A stretch of DNA of 63,733 nt, counting the filler, from Pelomyxa schiedti (lineage: Eukaryota; Protista; Evosea), in assembly GCA_020536535.1 (NCBI GenBank). It is 8 parts of 8 records of this genome, joined end to end, with 100 filler letters (N's around TTAATTAATTAA, not from the genome) between each part and the next. Parts side by side here need not be neighbours in the genome. Positions count along the whole stretch, not along the records: positions 1 to 29,355 come from JAHLWZ010000200.1; 7 more parts are not named here. The stretch is one strand, 5' to 3'. The position numbers were made by a program, and so were the translations under genes. This document shows positions 12,826 through 26,421 of the stretch, piece by piece. The notes under the pieces are model-generated. The model was given only the letters and a program-made list of their open reading frames with translations, ran no database searches and had not been told where the DNA came from. Position 1 is the stretch's first letter, and each line of letters begins with the position of its first letter.

Positions 12826-14576
12826 ATGGCAACGGGTGGGGTTACGTCGTGGAGTGGGAGCTGGATGCGGAGATCCAGCTCTTTTGTGAGTGTTGCGAGC
12901 AGTGTCGGCACCTCTGCCCTGCTGCAACACACTTCACGTAGCAAGATCGCTAAACGAAGTTTCACTTCGGGCTCAAGTGGCTCTGTATGGCACAGAAAAT
13001 CCTCGAGCGATGTGATACGCAACAGTACGCAGTTCGACTTCAGCCCGTTAGAAAGGTTTTTATGGGGGGACTCCACCCCAAGAAAACTTCCACTCCCAGC
13101 AAAACCCCTGGAACTGGACGAGACGCAACTGGCAGCATTGGTTGGCCACTTACCGTAGTCGTTTCTTTGACTCATTTGTTGTACAGCTGAGCACGACTGA
13201 TGAGCGTGTGGCGTCCAGCATGCACGAGTACGCTAAACGCGTTACTGACGCCATATTTGGCGACAAGGTGTGGTTCAGAGGAATTGTTGAGTTTTCCAAC
13301 GTCTGTGAAAAAAGTTGCCACTATTGCGGAATAGGGAGAGGGGTACTCTCAATCGCCATCTTCTTCTTTTTAACATGCCCAAAGGTTTCGAAAGTAAAAA
13401 GATATACTATACCAAAGAATGAAATTGTTGATTGTGCCCTGTTTGCACATAATCTGAAAATGGGTACAGTAATGCTACAATCTGGGGAGATATCCCACCA
13501 AGCACGAATTTCCTGGTTATCAGATGTCGTGAAAGAGATAGTATCTCAGACTTCACAAAGGTTACAGTGATGTTCTGCATGTTATTCTTACCTTTTTCTT
13601 TAGTGATCCTGAGGGCCGAGCCATTCGAGTCGCCTTATCTGTAGGCGAGCTCGCTCTTCCACAATACAAGCAACTCTATGATGCTGGAGCTCGCAGGTTG
13701 CAAAAATTTTCTTCGCCTACCTGTCTAACTTTTCTTAGATATCTTTTACGAATAGAATCCTCCAATCCAGATCTTTATAGTAAGATGCACCCTCAAGATG
13801 GCTCACATACCTGGGACAAAAGGCGGCAGTGTCTGAATAATCTCGCCGAGGTAACTCCTCTTCGTTTTGTCACTTGTCCTGATCTCCACTCCAGGCAGGA
13901 TTCCAGCTTGGGACTGGAGTTCTCATTGGCGTTCCAGGACAGAGATATTTGGACTTAGCTCGAGATCTCCTGTTTTTCCGTGAGATTGAAGCCGACATGA
14001 TTGGCATGGGCCCATACATTGTCGAAAAGGACACTCCTATGGGAATGCTTTGGGCAAGTCTCCACTCTGGGGAAACTGAGGAGCAGATTGTTGCCTACAA
14101 AAAGTGGTTATTTGAGCTCAGCACTAGGTAGAGGCAAGTTAAATGCAAAACCTGTCTTACAAGTCCCTAGGATGGTTTCTCTTGCTCGGATCCTCCTAGG
14201 AAATGTAAATATTGCATCTACAACTGCATTGGACACACTTAATCCAATCGGCCGAATCATCACCCTTAGTACTGCACCAGTACCGCAATGACCCAATCTA
14301 ACTATTCCCCTAAAAAGACAGAGGAGCAAATATTCTCATGCCCATCTTGACGCCGACAAAGTACCGTGAACAGTACCAGCTATACCAGGTGACACGGAAT
14401 TCTATGGGTTAGATAGTACTAACCCTACGGTACAGGGAAAACCCTCCATTCACGAGAATGCTGAAGAGTCCCGCCAAAAGATGATTGCACGCGTTTTAGC
14501 CGCTGGTAAACAATTGGCTACGGACCCTGGTGATCCCCCTCATTTTGCTCAGAAGACGTCAAAATCCAAACACTGA
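12826..14576 (+). CDS. hydE: [FeFe]-hydrogenase H-cluster maturase HydE (radical SAM), multi-exon, with Ser/Arg-rich N-terminal extension
   Basis: VWFRGIVEFSNVCEKSCHYCGI (CxxxCxxC), TVMLQSGE, LSVGE, RYLLRIESSNPDLY, GTGVLIGVPGQ, DMIGMGPY..DTP, NIASTTAL, GANILMPILTP.KYREQYQLYQGKP. Confidence 0.92.
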
Positions 14577-14650
14577 TGCATTTGTTACCCCTCTTTGAAA
14601 CAAAACACCCATAAGAAAAAGAATAAGCATAAGCATAACAAAAATGGTAT

Positions 14651-16767
14651 CTATATTGTTGATTTGGTGAATGAAACACGAAGGCATGAGCCACTCAAAG
14701 GATTCCCGTGTAGCTCCACAAGTGCTTTGATTGCTTCATTAACAGACCCCATCTGCACTAGTGCCATTTTTCGGTCCTTCTGGAAAAACTTTACCTGTTT
14801 TGTAAAGAGGGGAAAAGTGAGCAAAAAGGAGTGTGAGGTGGGTAAATAGAATTACCAACCTTGGTAACAGTGCCGCATGTGTTGAATAGCTCTGATAACT
14901 GTTCTTCTGTGACAGTGGGGGCCAGGTTGCTCAAATGAAGAGTATTGCCGGGTGGGCAGATGTGTGTCAGGTTCTTGGACCCCTGTAGGAGGGAATATCA
15001 ATTGTGGAAAAGTGGAAGGGAAGGTTTTTTTACCTTAATTTTGTACCGATGGAGAGGTGAATTTGTGAAATCTTTTGTAAGGTCATCAGGCTCAGTCGGC
15101 TTTGGAAGCACGATAGAGGTATACTTGGAGAAATTGACATTCATTGCTTTACCATAGAGTGTGACTCCATTAAGATTAAGCATGGCTTGTTCCCTGGAAT
15201 TTTAGTGAGGGGTGGAATTTGTTGTTGTTTGGGGACTGGGGAACTCACGCTTGTTGGTGGTCTGAAAGTTGAACAAGTGCAGTGTGTTTCTTATTGTAGA
15301 GTATTTTCACTCGGATTACATCACCATATACCCCAAACAATATGAATAACTTTTGGCATGTGATACTCTAGGGGGTATAAGAATGCTCAAAAAGAAGTTA
15401 TGTACCTCTGGAACTAGATTGGATACAATGAGAACAGATTTATCTGATGTGGACTCGAACATTCCAAATTGTTGTGGTAAACCCATGGGAATTCCGGTGG
15501 CAGCAGTTGCGTTATAGGCTGCAGGTCTTGGATCAAAGAAAGTTGCAGGTAACCCAACTGAACGTTGAGCCGAAAAATCGACTATTCCTTCTCAAAAAAG
15601 AGTGAGAATCACATAAACCACACAATGCAAGATACCTGAAACAGGGAAGAACGGCTTTGCTGCCATAGCAGGTGCAGGAGGGGGAGGTATGCTTGGTGCA
15701 GCAACAGTAAAATCTCTGGAAAATATCAAATGTGAAAGAAGATACTGTTTAGTACCTTGAGCGCTCGTTATTCATTTTGACAACAAGCTCTTGTAAGTTG
15801 GAATACTGGATTGTCAAGGTGCAGCACCCGTTATAGATATTATTCCCATCAAGTGTGTTTTTGGCATTACTTGCAGAAGTTACAGTACTCATCTCTATGA
15901 GACCTTGAAAGCCCGCTTTCTTGGAGAACAGAACAATTCTCAAAACACTGCCGAAACGGGAGAAAATGCTGTAAAGATCTTCAATGGTGACTGGGTAAAT
16001 AAGATTTGAAACAGTAATCAGCAAGATTTTATTGGCTTCCGGCTTCGCCGCTGTAGGGAGTTTGAGTGTGGATCCACACTCGAATTGATTACCTGTGTCA
16101 GAAGGCTCGGGAATTTTTAATTCGGTGTAACTTGAATACTGGAAATAAATGACTTGCCCTCTTATATTCGGAGGATACAAAGCATAGCATGCAATAGCGT
16201 TTGCGGCTGCATCATCTTGAACCATTTCTATAAAAGCCTGCCGTTTAGCCTGTTTTGGGTGGTTTTGTCAGAGTGGAAGGGGTGTTAAGAGCTGACCTTC
16301 AACAGCATGCAATTGCTGACAGGCCCAAAAGTACGAACAAGGCTTGTTAATTCCTCTTCAGTTGCATCACTGGGCAAACTCCTGCACAAAAACACGATGA
16401 GTGACACGGACCTTAGTGAAAAAAAAAAAAAAACAGAGTCAGAAAAGCCAGCGGACCTGACATGTAAAACCCTTGAAAAGCCTTCCAGCTTGAACTTCTT
16501 TTGCGCAGGAGCCTGAGCATCAGATGCCGAGGGCACTGCTGCTGCAGAACTCCCAGAAGCAGCAGACGATGCTGAAGAAGAAGCTGCAGCCGAATCCGAA
16601 GCAGATTGATCAGTTGATTCAGGGTGCTGTTGTGGCTGTGGTATTTGGACCTGGGAATCAGGGGGTGGGGGATGCTGAGCAACAGTAGGAGGTATAAGAA
16701 AGGGAAGTTCTGGTTCGTCTTGTTTGAGTGCAGGTTCTTGCCCAATGTATTCGATTCCGCGTTTCAT
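14651..16767 (-). CDS. PTBP: Polypyrimidine-tract-binding protein / hnRNP-L family (4 RRMs), multi-exon
   Basis: [103 protein letters not shown]. Confidence 0.9.
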
Positions 16768-17232
16768 GTTGTTGTGGTTTTCGCTTATCAACCGTCAAAT
16801 GTAGTTCGTAGGTGTTGGATTATGGGAGGATTGTTGGTGTTAATTGGAGGGGGAGGCCGGCAAGAGACTGAGGATGAGAGGAAGAAGAAGTAGTAGAAGA
16901 AGAAAAAGAAGTCGAGATTCTAGAGGAAGGTCGTGCCATAGGTAGGCACCAAGAAGTGAATAAAATAGAAATACGGCAAAAGTATTAGGTGCGACGGCGA
17001 CGTTAAACAAGTAGAGACAGGAAAGACAAGAAGAGGAAAGTACTACTGAAGGAAAGAGTCGAGAAAAAAGAAAAAAAAAGGAGCGAAAGAGGGGTGTTTC
17101 TTGGGTGGCTTGATTCTTTTTCTTTTTTGTTTTTTATCACAAGTGATGAAAACCCGAGATGGTGAGTGACATTGGGCGCCAAATGTGTTCGGACGAACCC
17201 CAGTTGTTGAAACGTTGTTTTGGTTAGTTACT

Positions 17233-17886
17233 CTAGAACAAGAAAAGGATGCACAGTAGAGGCAGCATAATAGTACCAAGTAGTACTGCTGATTTGCGGG
17301 CCCCACTGTTGCTGCATATAAACACCTCATATGTGGAAGAGAGTGGCTCCAAGTCACAAATGTCCAGCTCTGTCAATGTTGAATTGCACTCGGCGCAGCC
17401 TGATGTGCACTGCTCGATCAGCAGCTCGTTGTTTGCCATGCATGTTAACCGTGCAGAAATCCCTCTAGGAGAGTAGTACTCCACGCAGGAGGAATCCTCA
17501 AATGCCGCGGCTCCTTCAAACTCTCCAGTACAGTAAGATGAGGCGTACCCAAAGTACAATGCCGCAAACCTTACACGCGTCACATAGTCAAAGAGGAAAC
17601 TCGGGATACTTGTTTGAGAAGGTGGTTGCAAAATCAAAAGACTCTACACAGTGACAAGAATGCGAATAGCCCTCCTCTACTACGCAGGCAAAATCACATG
17701 AACAAGGAGTCTCCTCAAGCAAAGCAGCATAGAATACTGTTCCAGCACAGTCTTTTAAATGTTAGTGTGAGCAACTCGGCACTGGTTTCTACCCAGATCC
17801 TTATGGAATTCTTCCATGTGATATTCTGCTCTTACGCACTCCAATAATAAAGCCAACAGCGAGATCAAAGTCGCATGTATATGCAT
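17233..17886 (-). CDS. Small Cys-rich secreted or GPI-anchored protein
   Basis: Signal-peptide-like MHIHATLISLLALLLECVRA, Cys-rich body, hydrophobic C-terminal tail after SNSGA; introns inferred. Confidence 0.55.
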
Positions 17887-18079
17887 AGTGGATATTAATT
17901 GCTTTGTGATAACAAAGATCTCTCTTTCTTTACAAATAGTGATCACCAAAAATTAGTACGCCAGAGACAAGAGGGCAGGGGATTGGTGCCAACCAAACCA
18001 AAAAAAAAAAAAACGTGAAACTAATATTTATTATACACCGGCTATTGGCTATCAATCATTGCTAGCAAAAAAAAAAGGG

Positions 18080-20793
18080 TCAGGAAGATCCTCCTGGGAT
18101 CTTTGGCTTTGGTGGTATTGTTGGTCTTCTTTGGCTCCCAACAAGTGGCAGAGTATCGTGTTGTGTAGTAGATGATGGTGGGGATGATGAAGGAGGAGTT
18201 GGAGGTGTCTGTTGCTGGACGCTGGAAGATAGTTGTAATTGAAGTGGCATTGTGGGTGGTGGTCGTTTGGGTGGGGCTGGTTGTGCGGGTGTGAATTTTA
18301 CAGGAGAAGTTGTAGTTCCAGAAGTACTAATGCCGGTAGAGACTGCTGTCTGAAAAGGGTTTATGTTTTTAGTGTGGTTCATTTTTTTAATATCTATGTA
18401 TAAATTATCATAGACATAAACTTACAGTTGTAGGGGTTACAGGTTGACCTCTGCCAAGTTTGGTGTCACCTCCCCGCGGTGAAACAGGCTTTATACTTGA
18501 TTAACATCTTATTAACGACATCCAGTAGAAAAACCTTTGGTGGAGGCCTTGCAGGAGGTTTTGCGGCATTGGTCTATTGAAAACTGAGGGAAATAAGAAA
18601 GCTATTCCAGTTATACCTGAGGAGGTGCAACGCTGGAGTCTTCTCTATCTTCGTCATCTTCATCATAATCTTCAGAAGAGTTCTCGTTATCATTGTCCCC
18701 TTCACCCATCTCCTAGGATTGTGTTAGAGTTTATACACTCGAGGGCTTATTGTATAACTGCCAACTCACTCTCCATCCCACTCTGGAGAGCAGCATAGAG
18801 GGGAGAATGAGGAGCAACAACCAAGACAGAACGACTTGGAATATCAAATGATTGGGGAGACTGTAGGGAATGGGCAGAATGGGGAGTTGTGGATTGAGCC
18901 ACCAAGAAAGCTGGCTTTTGTGGAATTGGGGGAGTGGCAGTATGTGTGGTGGGGGGTGCAATGATGTTGTGTGCACGTGGTGTGTGGTGCGCTGTGGTTG
19001 TTGATGCTGGTGAGGGAGATGGTGACGGTGATGGCGATGGTGATGGTGACGGCGAACGTGGGTTTTGAGGTGTTTCCGTTGTCGCTCCATCCATTTTCGC
19101 TTCGCTTTCCTTGAGTAAAGACTTCTGTTCCCTGTTATTGGTTTATTGGATAGCGAAATGAACACGTAGGTTATCTACAGGAAAGCTTCGAGCCATTTGG
19201 TTTTCTCCTCTTCACTTGCACAACATAGGAAATACACCCCAATATCTGAATCCATGGTTTCATTCCGCATGAACTTGTCGATTCGGGTTATTTGTATGGC
19301 GTGCTTGCAATCTTATGCTATAAGATAACTACGACAAGAACTAGTACCTTTTGTATCCTCCACATTGGAGACATGTATTTTGTTCAGTAAACTGTTGCCT
19401 TTCAATCGCATCTTTCCTCCAAGAATTGACGGAGAGCAGTAAAGAAACTAGTAGTTGTAAGGCAAAAAACAATATTAAGTATAAGAACCAAATCATTGAA
19501 CAAAAAACAATGACAAGCAACGGATTTTCCAGCAGAGTACTTCATTAAACTGCCTTCTAAAACTAATCTCCGAGATGGGTGCACTAAATTCATGTGCTAT
19601 TTCTTACAGTTAAACGAATAGGAAAATCTGTTACAAAAAGAGTACTTTATGGCCACGAATTGTGCTGTTGATTGCAAGTAATCTTTTCAAATTATCAGAG
19701 TGCGATTTATTGTTGTTTATCTCGTCAACTGTTTTTTCCATCAGTTTTAATGCATTAGATATGTTTTGGTAGTCAGGGTGTGTAGCGGGGGTGTATTTTT
19801 TAAGCTCCTGGTAGCATCGGTAAATAAGATATCTTTTGAACAGAAAAACTACAAACTCGTAGAAGCAGTGGGTACTTAAGTACCCTTTGAAATGGCTTGA
19901 CCATGTAATCAAAAAGGTCCAAAGCTGAGGATGTGTTGAGTTCTTTGCACCTCTGTGGAAAACAGAAAATCAGACTGGGTTTTTTGTCTAATAATACAAA
20001 AGAGAGCCTTACTTGAAGAGTTGCACGAAGTTGTGTATCGGACTTGGTTAATTTTTTCAGTTGGTCATTTGCATCTTCCTTTAGGGAATAAGTATGGAAG
20101 CCAAACTACAATACAAAGCAAACTTACTTGCTGATTACAGAAAACGGCATAGAATTCTAATCTAGATGCCTGAAAGTCAATAAGACAAAGTGAAAAAGGA
20201 AACGTATAATAATACCATATTAAGTAAAGTAGAGCCAATTGCAGTGTCTGGATCTGTTGTGAGTTTTGTAGACAATTCATCAAACATTTCTTGATTGACA
20301 TTGAAGATACTCTCGGCGGTTGCAAGTTGTAGCATGAACACCTTTGGCAACACAGTAAGGAAAAAGTGTTAGCTTGACAAGGGAAAAATGAGAGGACTTA
20401 CTCCCCATTCTGGTGACCTATTATCACCAAACTTTGCCTTTATCGGCAGTACAAAGAAAGTGATCAGGGAGTACAAATCTGCATGCGGGAGTTTCAAAAC
20501 GAAATGGAACGAACAGCATTTTTCAGTTTAACAGTGAGCGTGGTTGTGGTACCGTCCAAATACTTCCTCTCTGTCTCTATGATTTCGCTGGCCACCAATT
20601 TTCTCATCCTCTCCATGTGTACTTCAGGCGGCTCGTCAGGATCAACATCGCGTTGTGCGCTTTTCAGGCTGTGTCTGTACGATATCCTCTTGATGGCAGA
20701 TTTGCGATGAACTCTCGTGAACGTGATTTCGGCGGGGTTGTTGTTACCACCAATCATGCACCCACGACTAAGGCTACGGAAAAAACTGGCCAT
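18080..20793 (-). CDS. RhoGEF (DH-PH) with Pro-rich C-terminus, multi-exon
   Basis: RKLVASEIIETERKYLD, LKKYTPATHPDYQNISNALKLMEKTVDEIN, LVHPSRRLVLEGSL, CFLFNDL, CASEEEKTKWLEA. Confidence 0.88.
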
Positions 20794-21186
20794 GAAACGG
20801 TGTCGGCCCTGCACTGCACGCCCAGATCTCACCTTCGCGATTATTTTTTTTTTTCTTTTCTTTTTTTTCGTGTTACGCTGATCGCCACGGGAAGTCAGAG
20901 TTGAAGGAGCCGGTAATTGATTGGAAGGCAAAAAACAAGGAACACCCGGAGATCCAAAACCTTCAGATCGGAAAAGTAGGAAAAACTGAGGAGTTTCCAC
21001 TAGAACGTCATCTAGCTGCTTTGTTGGGTGAAGCCTTGTGCAGAAGCAAGTTGGATAAGCCTGAGCCCATGAGTCTTATCAACAGGCACACCCTCACCCT
21101 TCAGGTAACAATTCCCAAGTAGTGCCTATTCACCATTAAAAAAAGCTGACCCCAATCTCCCTTCCCACCCCCCCCTCGGTGTTTGG

Positions 21187-22847
21187 TTACGCGGTAGTTT
21201 CGTAGTATCTGAGATATACCTGAGCATCAGGGAGTCCCAGCCCAGCCGCGCTCTGCAGCAGTGCGATTGCCTCCGACTGCAGCGCCTGCCTCCTCTGCGT
21301 CGACTCCGCCGCGGCTTGCGTCTGCGCGTCGGGCTCCGCGGCGGCCCTCAGCAGCTCCGCGGCGAGCAGGTGCATGGCCACCACGTCGCCGAGCCCCACG
21401 GCCCTCCTGTACATGGCCAGGGCCTCCTCGCGGCCGCGCGCCACGCCGCTGCCGTTGGCCGCGCACATGGCGTAGAGCCTCAGCGCCTCGGGGTTCCCGC
21501 GCCCCGCGGCCTCGCGCAGCAGCTCGGCCCCGGTGTGCAGGTCCTGCTCCCCGCCGGTGACCCCGCCCGTGTTCCCCGTGATGTAGCACAGCGCGATGCA
21601 GTTCTGCGCCGTCACGTAGCCGAGGTTGGCGGCCTTGGTCCACAGCACCACCGCCTGCTGGAGGTTGTGGTGCACCTCGAGGTAGAACAGGCCCCAGAGG
21701 TACAGCACCACTGGGTTCTCGGCCGAGCAGGCGCAGCAAAAGTGGCTGTGGTGGTGTTCCGAGAAGTCGCCGGTTTGTTTGGCCATCGGGCAGCATCGCA
21801 GGAGGAAGAACCTTTCGGTGAACTGCTTGGTGGTGTTGGAGGCGCTGCGGGCGTCGTCGAGCAGCGACTGCTGCGGGAACTTGAATGTGGGCTGGAATTC
21901 TGTCATTGCCGATGGTGACTGCGCGAGGCACGTGCTCAGTGTTAGCAGTGTTGGGATGTGCTTTGGTAGGCACTGAAGGGAACTGCGAAGCAGTTGCACA
22001 GACTCCAATAAATCGTTATTATGGGCCATTTGGAAAATGGCGTAATCAATGGTGAAATCTTGTGAGTTTATTAAGTAGCCAGGAAATAGAAGAAGAAAAG
22101 CTTACACATCGTGTAATCAATTATGTAACGTAGCATATCATTTGGTAAGATTTTTGCAGAACTGTCCTGTCCACATCGAGGGTGGGAGGCTATTATTTTT
22201 TTACTTCATATGATAGCCAATGAGGAAGAAGGCTGAACCTGTAAGAAAAGAGAGTGAACTCGAAAGAAATTGTGCCCTGCTGACTGGGATAGGAGCTGTA
22301 TGTGATGAGGCGTTGTCAAACGAAGGAGAAGGCGCATGAGTATTAGGTGGAGGAGGAAAATTTTGTGTTGCCAGTGTCCCCACAGGAGCAACACTGGGGG
22401 TGACCACAGATGCTCCTGTAGGTGTAGGTGATAAGGAACGCATTGGAGTGGAGGTGGATGCAGGGGGAGGAGGTGATGGTGATGTTGATCTGGCCGCAGT
22501 GGGAGTCCGTGAAGGGGGAGCAGAGGGTGTTGTGATTTGATTTCTGACAGCAAAAAGTGGGCCATTGCACTTCGACCTCACAGAGGTAGCACACTTTTCA
22601 TGGCATACAAATTTACAGTCCTTCGATGATTCGGTTAGAAACTCTAAATTTATTCTTTCAAGAACTAAAGAATAACAAACATACAGAACACTGAAAGCCT
22701 TGTTTGCTCCAAACACCCCACAAGAATCCTCCGCAAAATTCACACCTTTATAAAGTATCAGAAACCACGAGGGGGAAAAAAATTGAAAGAGAGCCACGCA
22801 CACCAAGTCGGTTTATTGAAATGCACCCTTGTGAACTGGTGCGACAT
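21187..22847 (-). CDS. C1 domain - Pro-rich linker - HPRCG/F-box-like motif - Sel1 repeats (single spliced gene)
   Basis: HQFTRVHFNKPTWC..CGGFLWG..KQGFQC.DCKFVCHEKC (C1). Splices in frame to SFLTASHPRCGQDSSAKILPNDMLRYII and on to Sel1 repeats (AVVLWTKAANLGYVTAQ, LLREAAGRGNPEA, YRRAVGLGDVVAM). Confidence 0.8.
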
Positions 22848-23088
22848 TGTTTCCCCTACGCCACCGCAACGACAACCCAAAAAACAACCGCCCCTTAGTG
22901 CGTTTCTTTTTTTGTTTTTTTCCCCCTTTTTGGCAGCCGTTTTTGATCTGATCGGACTTTGACCACTAACGAAAACAACGTACACTTTTTTTTTCCCCCC
23001 TTGAGCGCCGAGGAGGTTGTTGGTACCTTCTGTTCTCATTCAATTGCCACCACGCTCCCTTGGGAATCCTCACCTTCCAAATAATCCA

Positions 23089-25851
23089 ATGTCATCGCCT
23101 ACTCCCCCCACAAACACTCCCCCATCCACATCCACACCCACACCCACAGCCAACCCCACGACGCCGACCCCGACCCCCACGCCCTCTCCCACCCCAACCC
23201 CCATCGCCACCCCGCCGTCGCCCCTGCACCAGCGGCCGATCTCGACCACGGGCGCTGGGGGACCCACGGCCCGCCACTCCCACCTCTACCACGGGGTCCC
23301 CCTGCCCCCCACGCCCCCAGGCAGCAGCAGCAGCAGTAGCAGCCCCCTCGGCGGGGGTTCCGCCGAGTCCTGCACGCGAGACGCCGCCCACCCGCCGCAG
23401 CCGACTGCCCCCAGCTCCCCGCTTGTGGCCTCCCCCCTGGCCTCCCCTGATGGAGCCACTGCAGCGCGGTCGCCCTCGCCCTCGCCGTCTTCGCCATTCA
23501 CACCTTCACAGACACAGACACAGTCACAAGCGTGCGGTGCGAATGTTGTTGACATGTGTGCTAGCCCCAGGTTCATAAGGGGAGGTACATACTCTGCCAC
23601 CAACATTCCGCAGCCTACTACAGGCGGCACTTCTGCTCCTGCATCAGATAGAGATAGAACCACTTCAATTGGTGCTTGTGGTGGATGCACATCGACTGGC
23701 TGCAGCCGAGGTTCTGGTGGTGCCAGTGCTATGGGGGCGACTACTGCGCAGCAAAATACTTTGGTTCCGCTACCTACACTGCTGGATGAAATCAGGGACT
23801 TGGAACAGTCTTTGATTTCTCTGACAAACAAACGAGGTTTTCGTTACTCACTAACTTTTTTTTTTGTTGTTCCTTCGTTCCCTTTTTGTGTTTTTCGTTG
23901 CAAACTCATTGGAGTACTTCAGAAACCCTTCTGCGTGAATTGAAAGAGATTGACCTAGAGGAAAACAAGGTACTCTATCAACCTCAAATTGGTCCCTGTT
24001 ATTTACGCTCCTTGTAACAGCAAAGGGCTCTAGTTTTTTCCAAAAAGGAGGATCTGAGGCGCATAGCTTCATTTCAACAACCAAACTTCAGTTCTCCTCT
24101 CTTTGGTGGATTGCTGGGCTCCATGTCACATTATTTTGATCTCACAAATACTTTGCCAATGGTATCTTGGGATTGGACTTAGTTCAATGAGGCTCACTTT
24201 GAATAGATGAAAGTAATCAAGCACCCGTCTGCAACTGTTGTGTACTCGGCGATGAGCAACAATGCACAGGATCAAGATGTTTCTTTTCATGATGTGTTAT
24301 GTGGCCGCACCATCTCCACTTATCCCATGGACACAGTAAAAAATGAGCGGGTTAGTGGTTGTGACTGTTGTTTTTATTATGCTTCCATATTCTGAAAGGT
24401 GGTTTGGTTGAGCTATTCATTTTTATGCCTATTTGTAACCCATATGCACTATCTTCTTATATTTCTTGTAGATGGGAGATCCTGTTTGTGATAAATTCCA
24501 CATCCGCCTATGCATTGGAGGCAAAGCGTTTTTGAGCTTGGCTGATGGATGTAATTGTTCCATTGTGCCTTAAGTGTACTCAAAGTCGTTCACTAACATA
24601 GGCAATTGGGGTCATAGGCCAAAAGAAGCTGCATTAAGAGCATCTTTGAGTTTTGTGGGCTATCTATATGATAACACAGCGTTAGTGCATTTTGAGTGAG
24701 ATTCGATTGAAACTAAACGGGTTGTAGGACTCTCTCGACTATCCGAGAGTATGGTGCCCTGATGCTTCAAGCACTAGCAGAAGCACACAACGGTATAGTC
24801 ATTGATAAGAAAGACAAATGGGAAGCTGGAACCACAACCCTTCTGGGTCTAACCCTAGTTCCTGTGGTATGTTATTCTGTAATTTCTTATTCTTACCCTC
24901 ATGAACGTATGAAAGACCTGCAGTTCCAGTATGATTGTCAGATATTATCTCCTCCAATGACCGCCAAACAGGTCTTGAGTATGAAGAATGGGCTTGCATC
25001 ATCCTGAACATTGGTGATTGTAAGGTACATTGTTTTCCAGAACTGGAGCTACGACTCATTTTCGTTAAATTAGGCCTTCAAGTGGTCTAATAGAGAAAAA
25101 AAAATCACTGAGCTGACGTATGTGGAACCAGTGGCTCTTTGTGAGATGCAAATAATAACTAATCTTACTTGATGTCCCTCATACAGAACTGGAAATCGCT
25201 CAAGTCTCGATGCTTGTGATCCTGGGGGAAGGATAGGCCCATATACGGACACTGGAAGCCCTGATTTGCGAAATTTGTCCTTCTTTTTCACGGTGTGTCA
25301 GAAAGATGATGTCATATTTTGCATGAGGTATTCACCAGCAATAATATTCTCTTTCCTCGCCCTAAGCCGCTGTAGTGATGGCGTGCATGACAACCTGGAA
25401 GCATTGTCACTTGCAGTTGAACCTCAGACTCTGTGCCCAACGGAGTTCGCAGGAATAACTACATGGGAGGAAGCAATGCGGGTTAATCCCAGGCTTGCAA
25501 GAAGCACACATGACAACTTCATGTAAGATTCTGAATCCCAAACAAACTGTTTATTGGCACCGAACTGATTTGCAACTCCATAGGACAGAGAAATTGACAC
25601 AAATAGTTCTTGATGGGCAGTCAGAACCCGGGGAACTTGATGTTGTTGTCAGGAGAATTACCGACTACTGTACCAAAGTCACAGCACCCAGCAGGTATCC
25701 ACACATTATTTGTCCACCTAATGAGTGGCAAAGGTCCTTCATGGAGGAGAACCCTCAAAGAAAACTGCCTTGTGACTATAAGAACTTCCCAGGCAAACTC
25801 GACCACACGACGTGTATTGCTCTTAGAGTGAAGCCGTCATGGTTACCATGA
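23089..25851 (+). CDS. PP2C/PPM-like phosphatase-domain protein with low-complexity N-terminus, multi-exon
   Basis: GRTISTYP, GDPVCD, LADGCNWG, AGTTTLLG, NIGDCK, DPGGRIGP, PDLRNL, SDGVHDNL, FPGKLDHTTC. Confidence 0.82.
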
Positions 25852-26421
25852 CACCTTCTGTATTAAAAGTTTGAATGAAACAGTTTTTGGGAGAATTGGA
25901 CCTAAACAAAAATGTAGTGCGTTTCACACTTGAGTTCACTTGTTGTGATTTCCTGCCTTGTTTCCAACCCAAGGGATGATTGCATGGGACAGGCACAATT
26001 CCGGAGTGCGCAGCACGCTGTGCTTATGGGCTGCTGAGTGAAATTCTGCCGTTCTGTGATCTCCTCTGGCGAACCTTACGCTACCAAGTTGTTGCTGTGC
26101 CCTGTTAACTCGCTAAAGAACTATGATACTTAAGGGGTTCTGTTATTCTCCTAACTTTACATTATTCCTGAGCCTGGGTGATGGTGACGTAACATCTACT
26201 GTGGCTTGGTAGATATCCTCCCAGGATCCCTCTCACAGCTCTTGAGGGATATAACAGCCCGGAAACACCGTTGTTCCCGAGTCCACCCTCACACTGCAAG
26301 TTGATGGCGAACCAGTTTATGCACGAGGATGCAGCGGTTCTTCAACACAAACAACACCAATTGAATTGAAATGTGTTTTGTTTTTCGTATTCCACACAAA
26401 ACGCTTTATGGGAATTCCCAG

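Noticed and set aside
12826-14576. HydE as bacterial contamination or biotin synthase
   Set aside because: It has spliceosomal introns and eukaryotic neighbours, and its motifs (RYLLRIES, DMIGMGP, YQLY.GKP) are HydE-type
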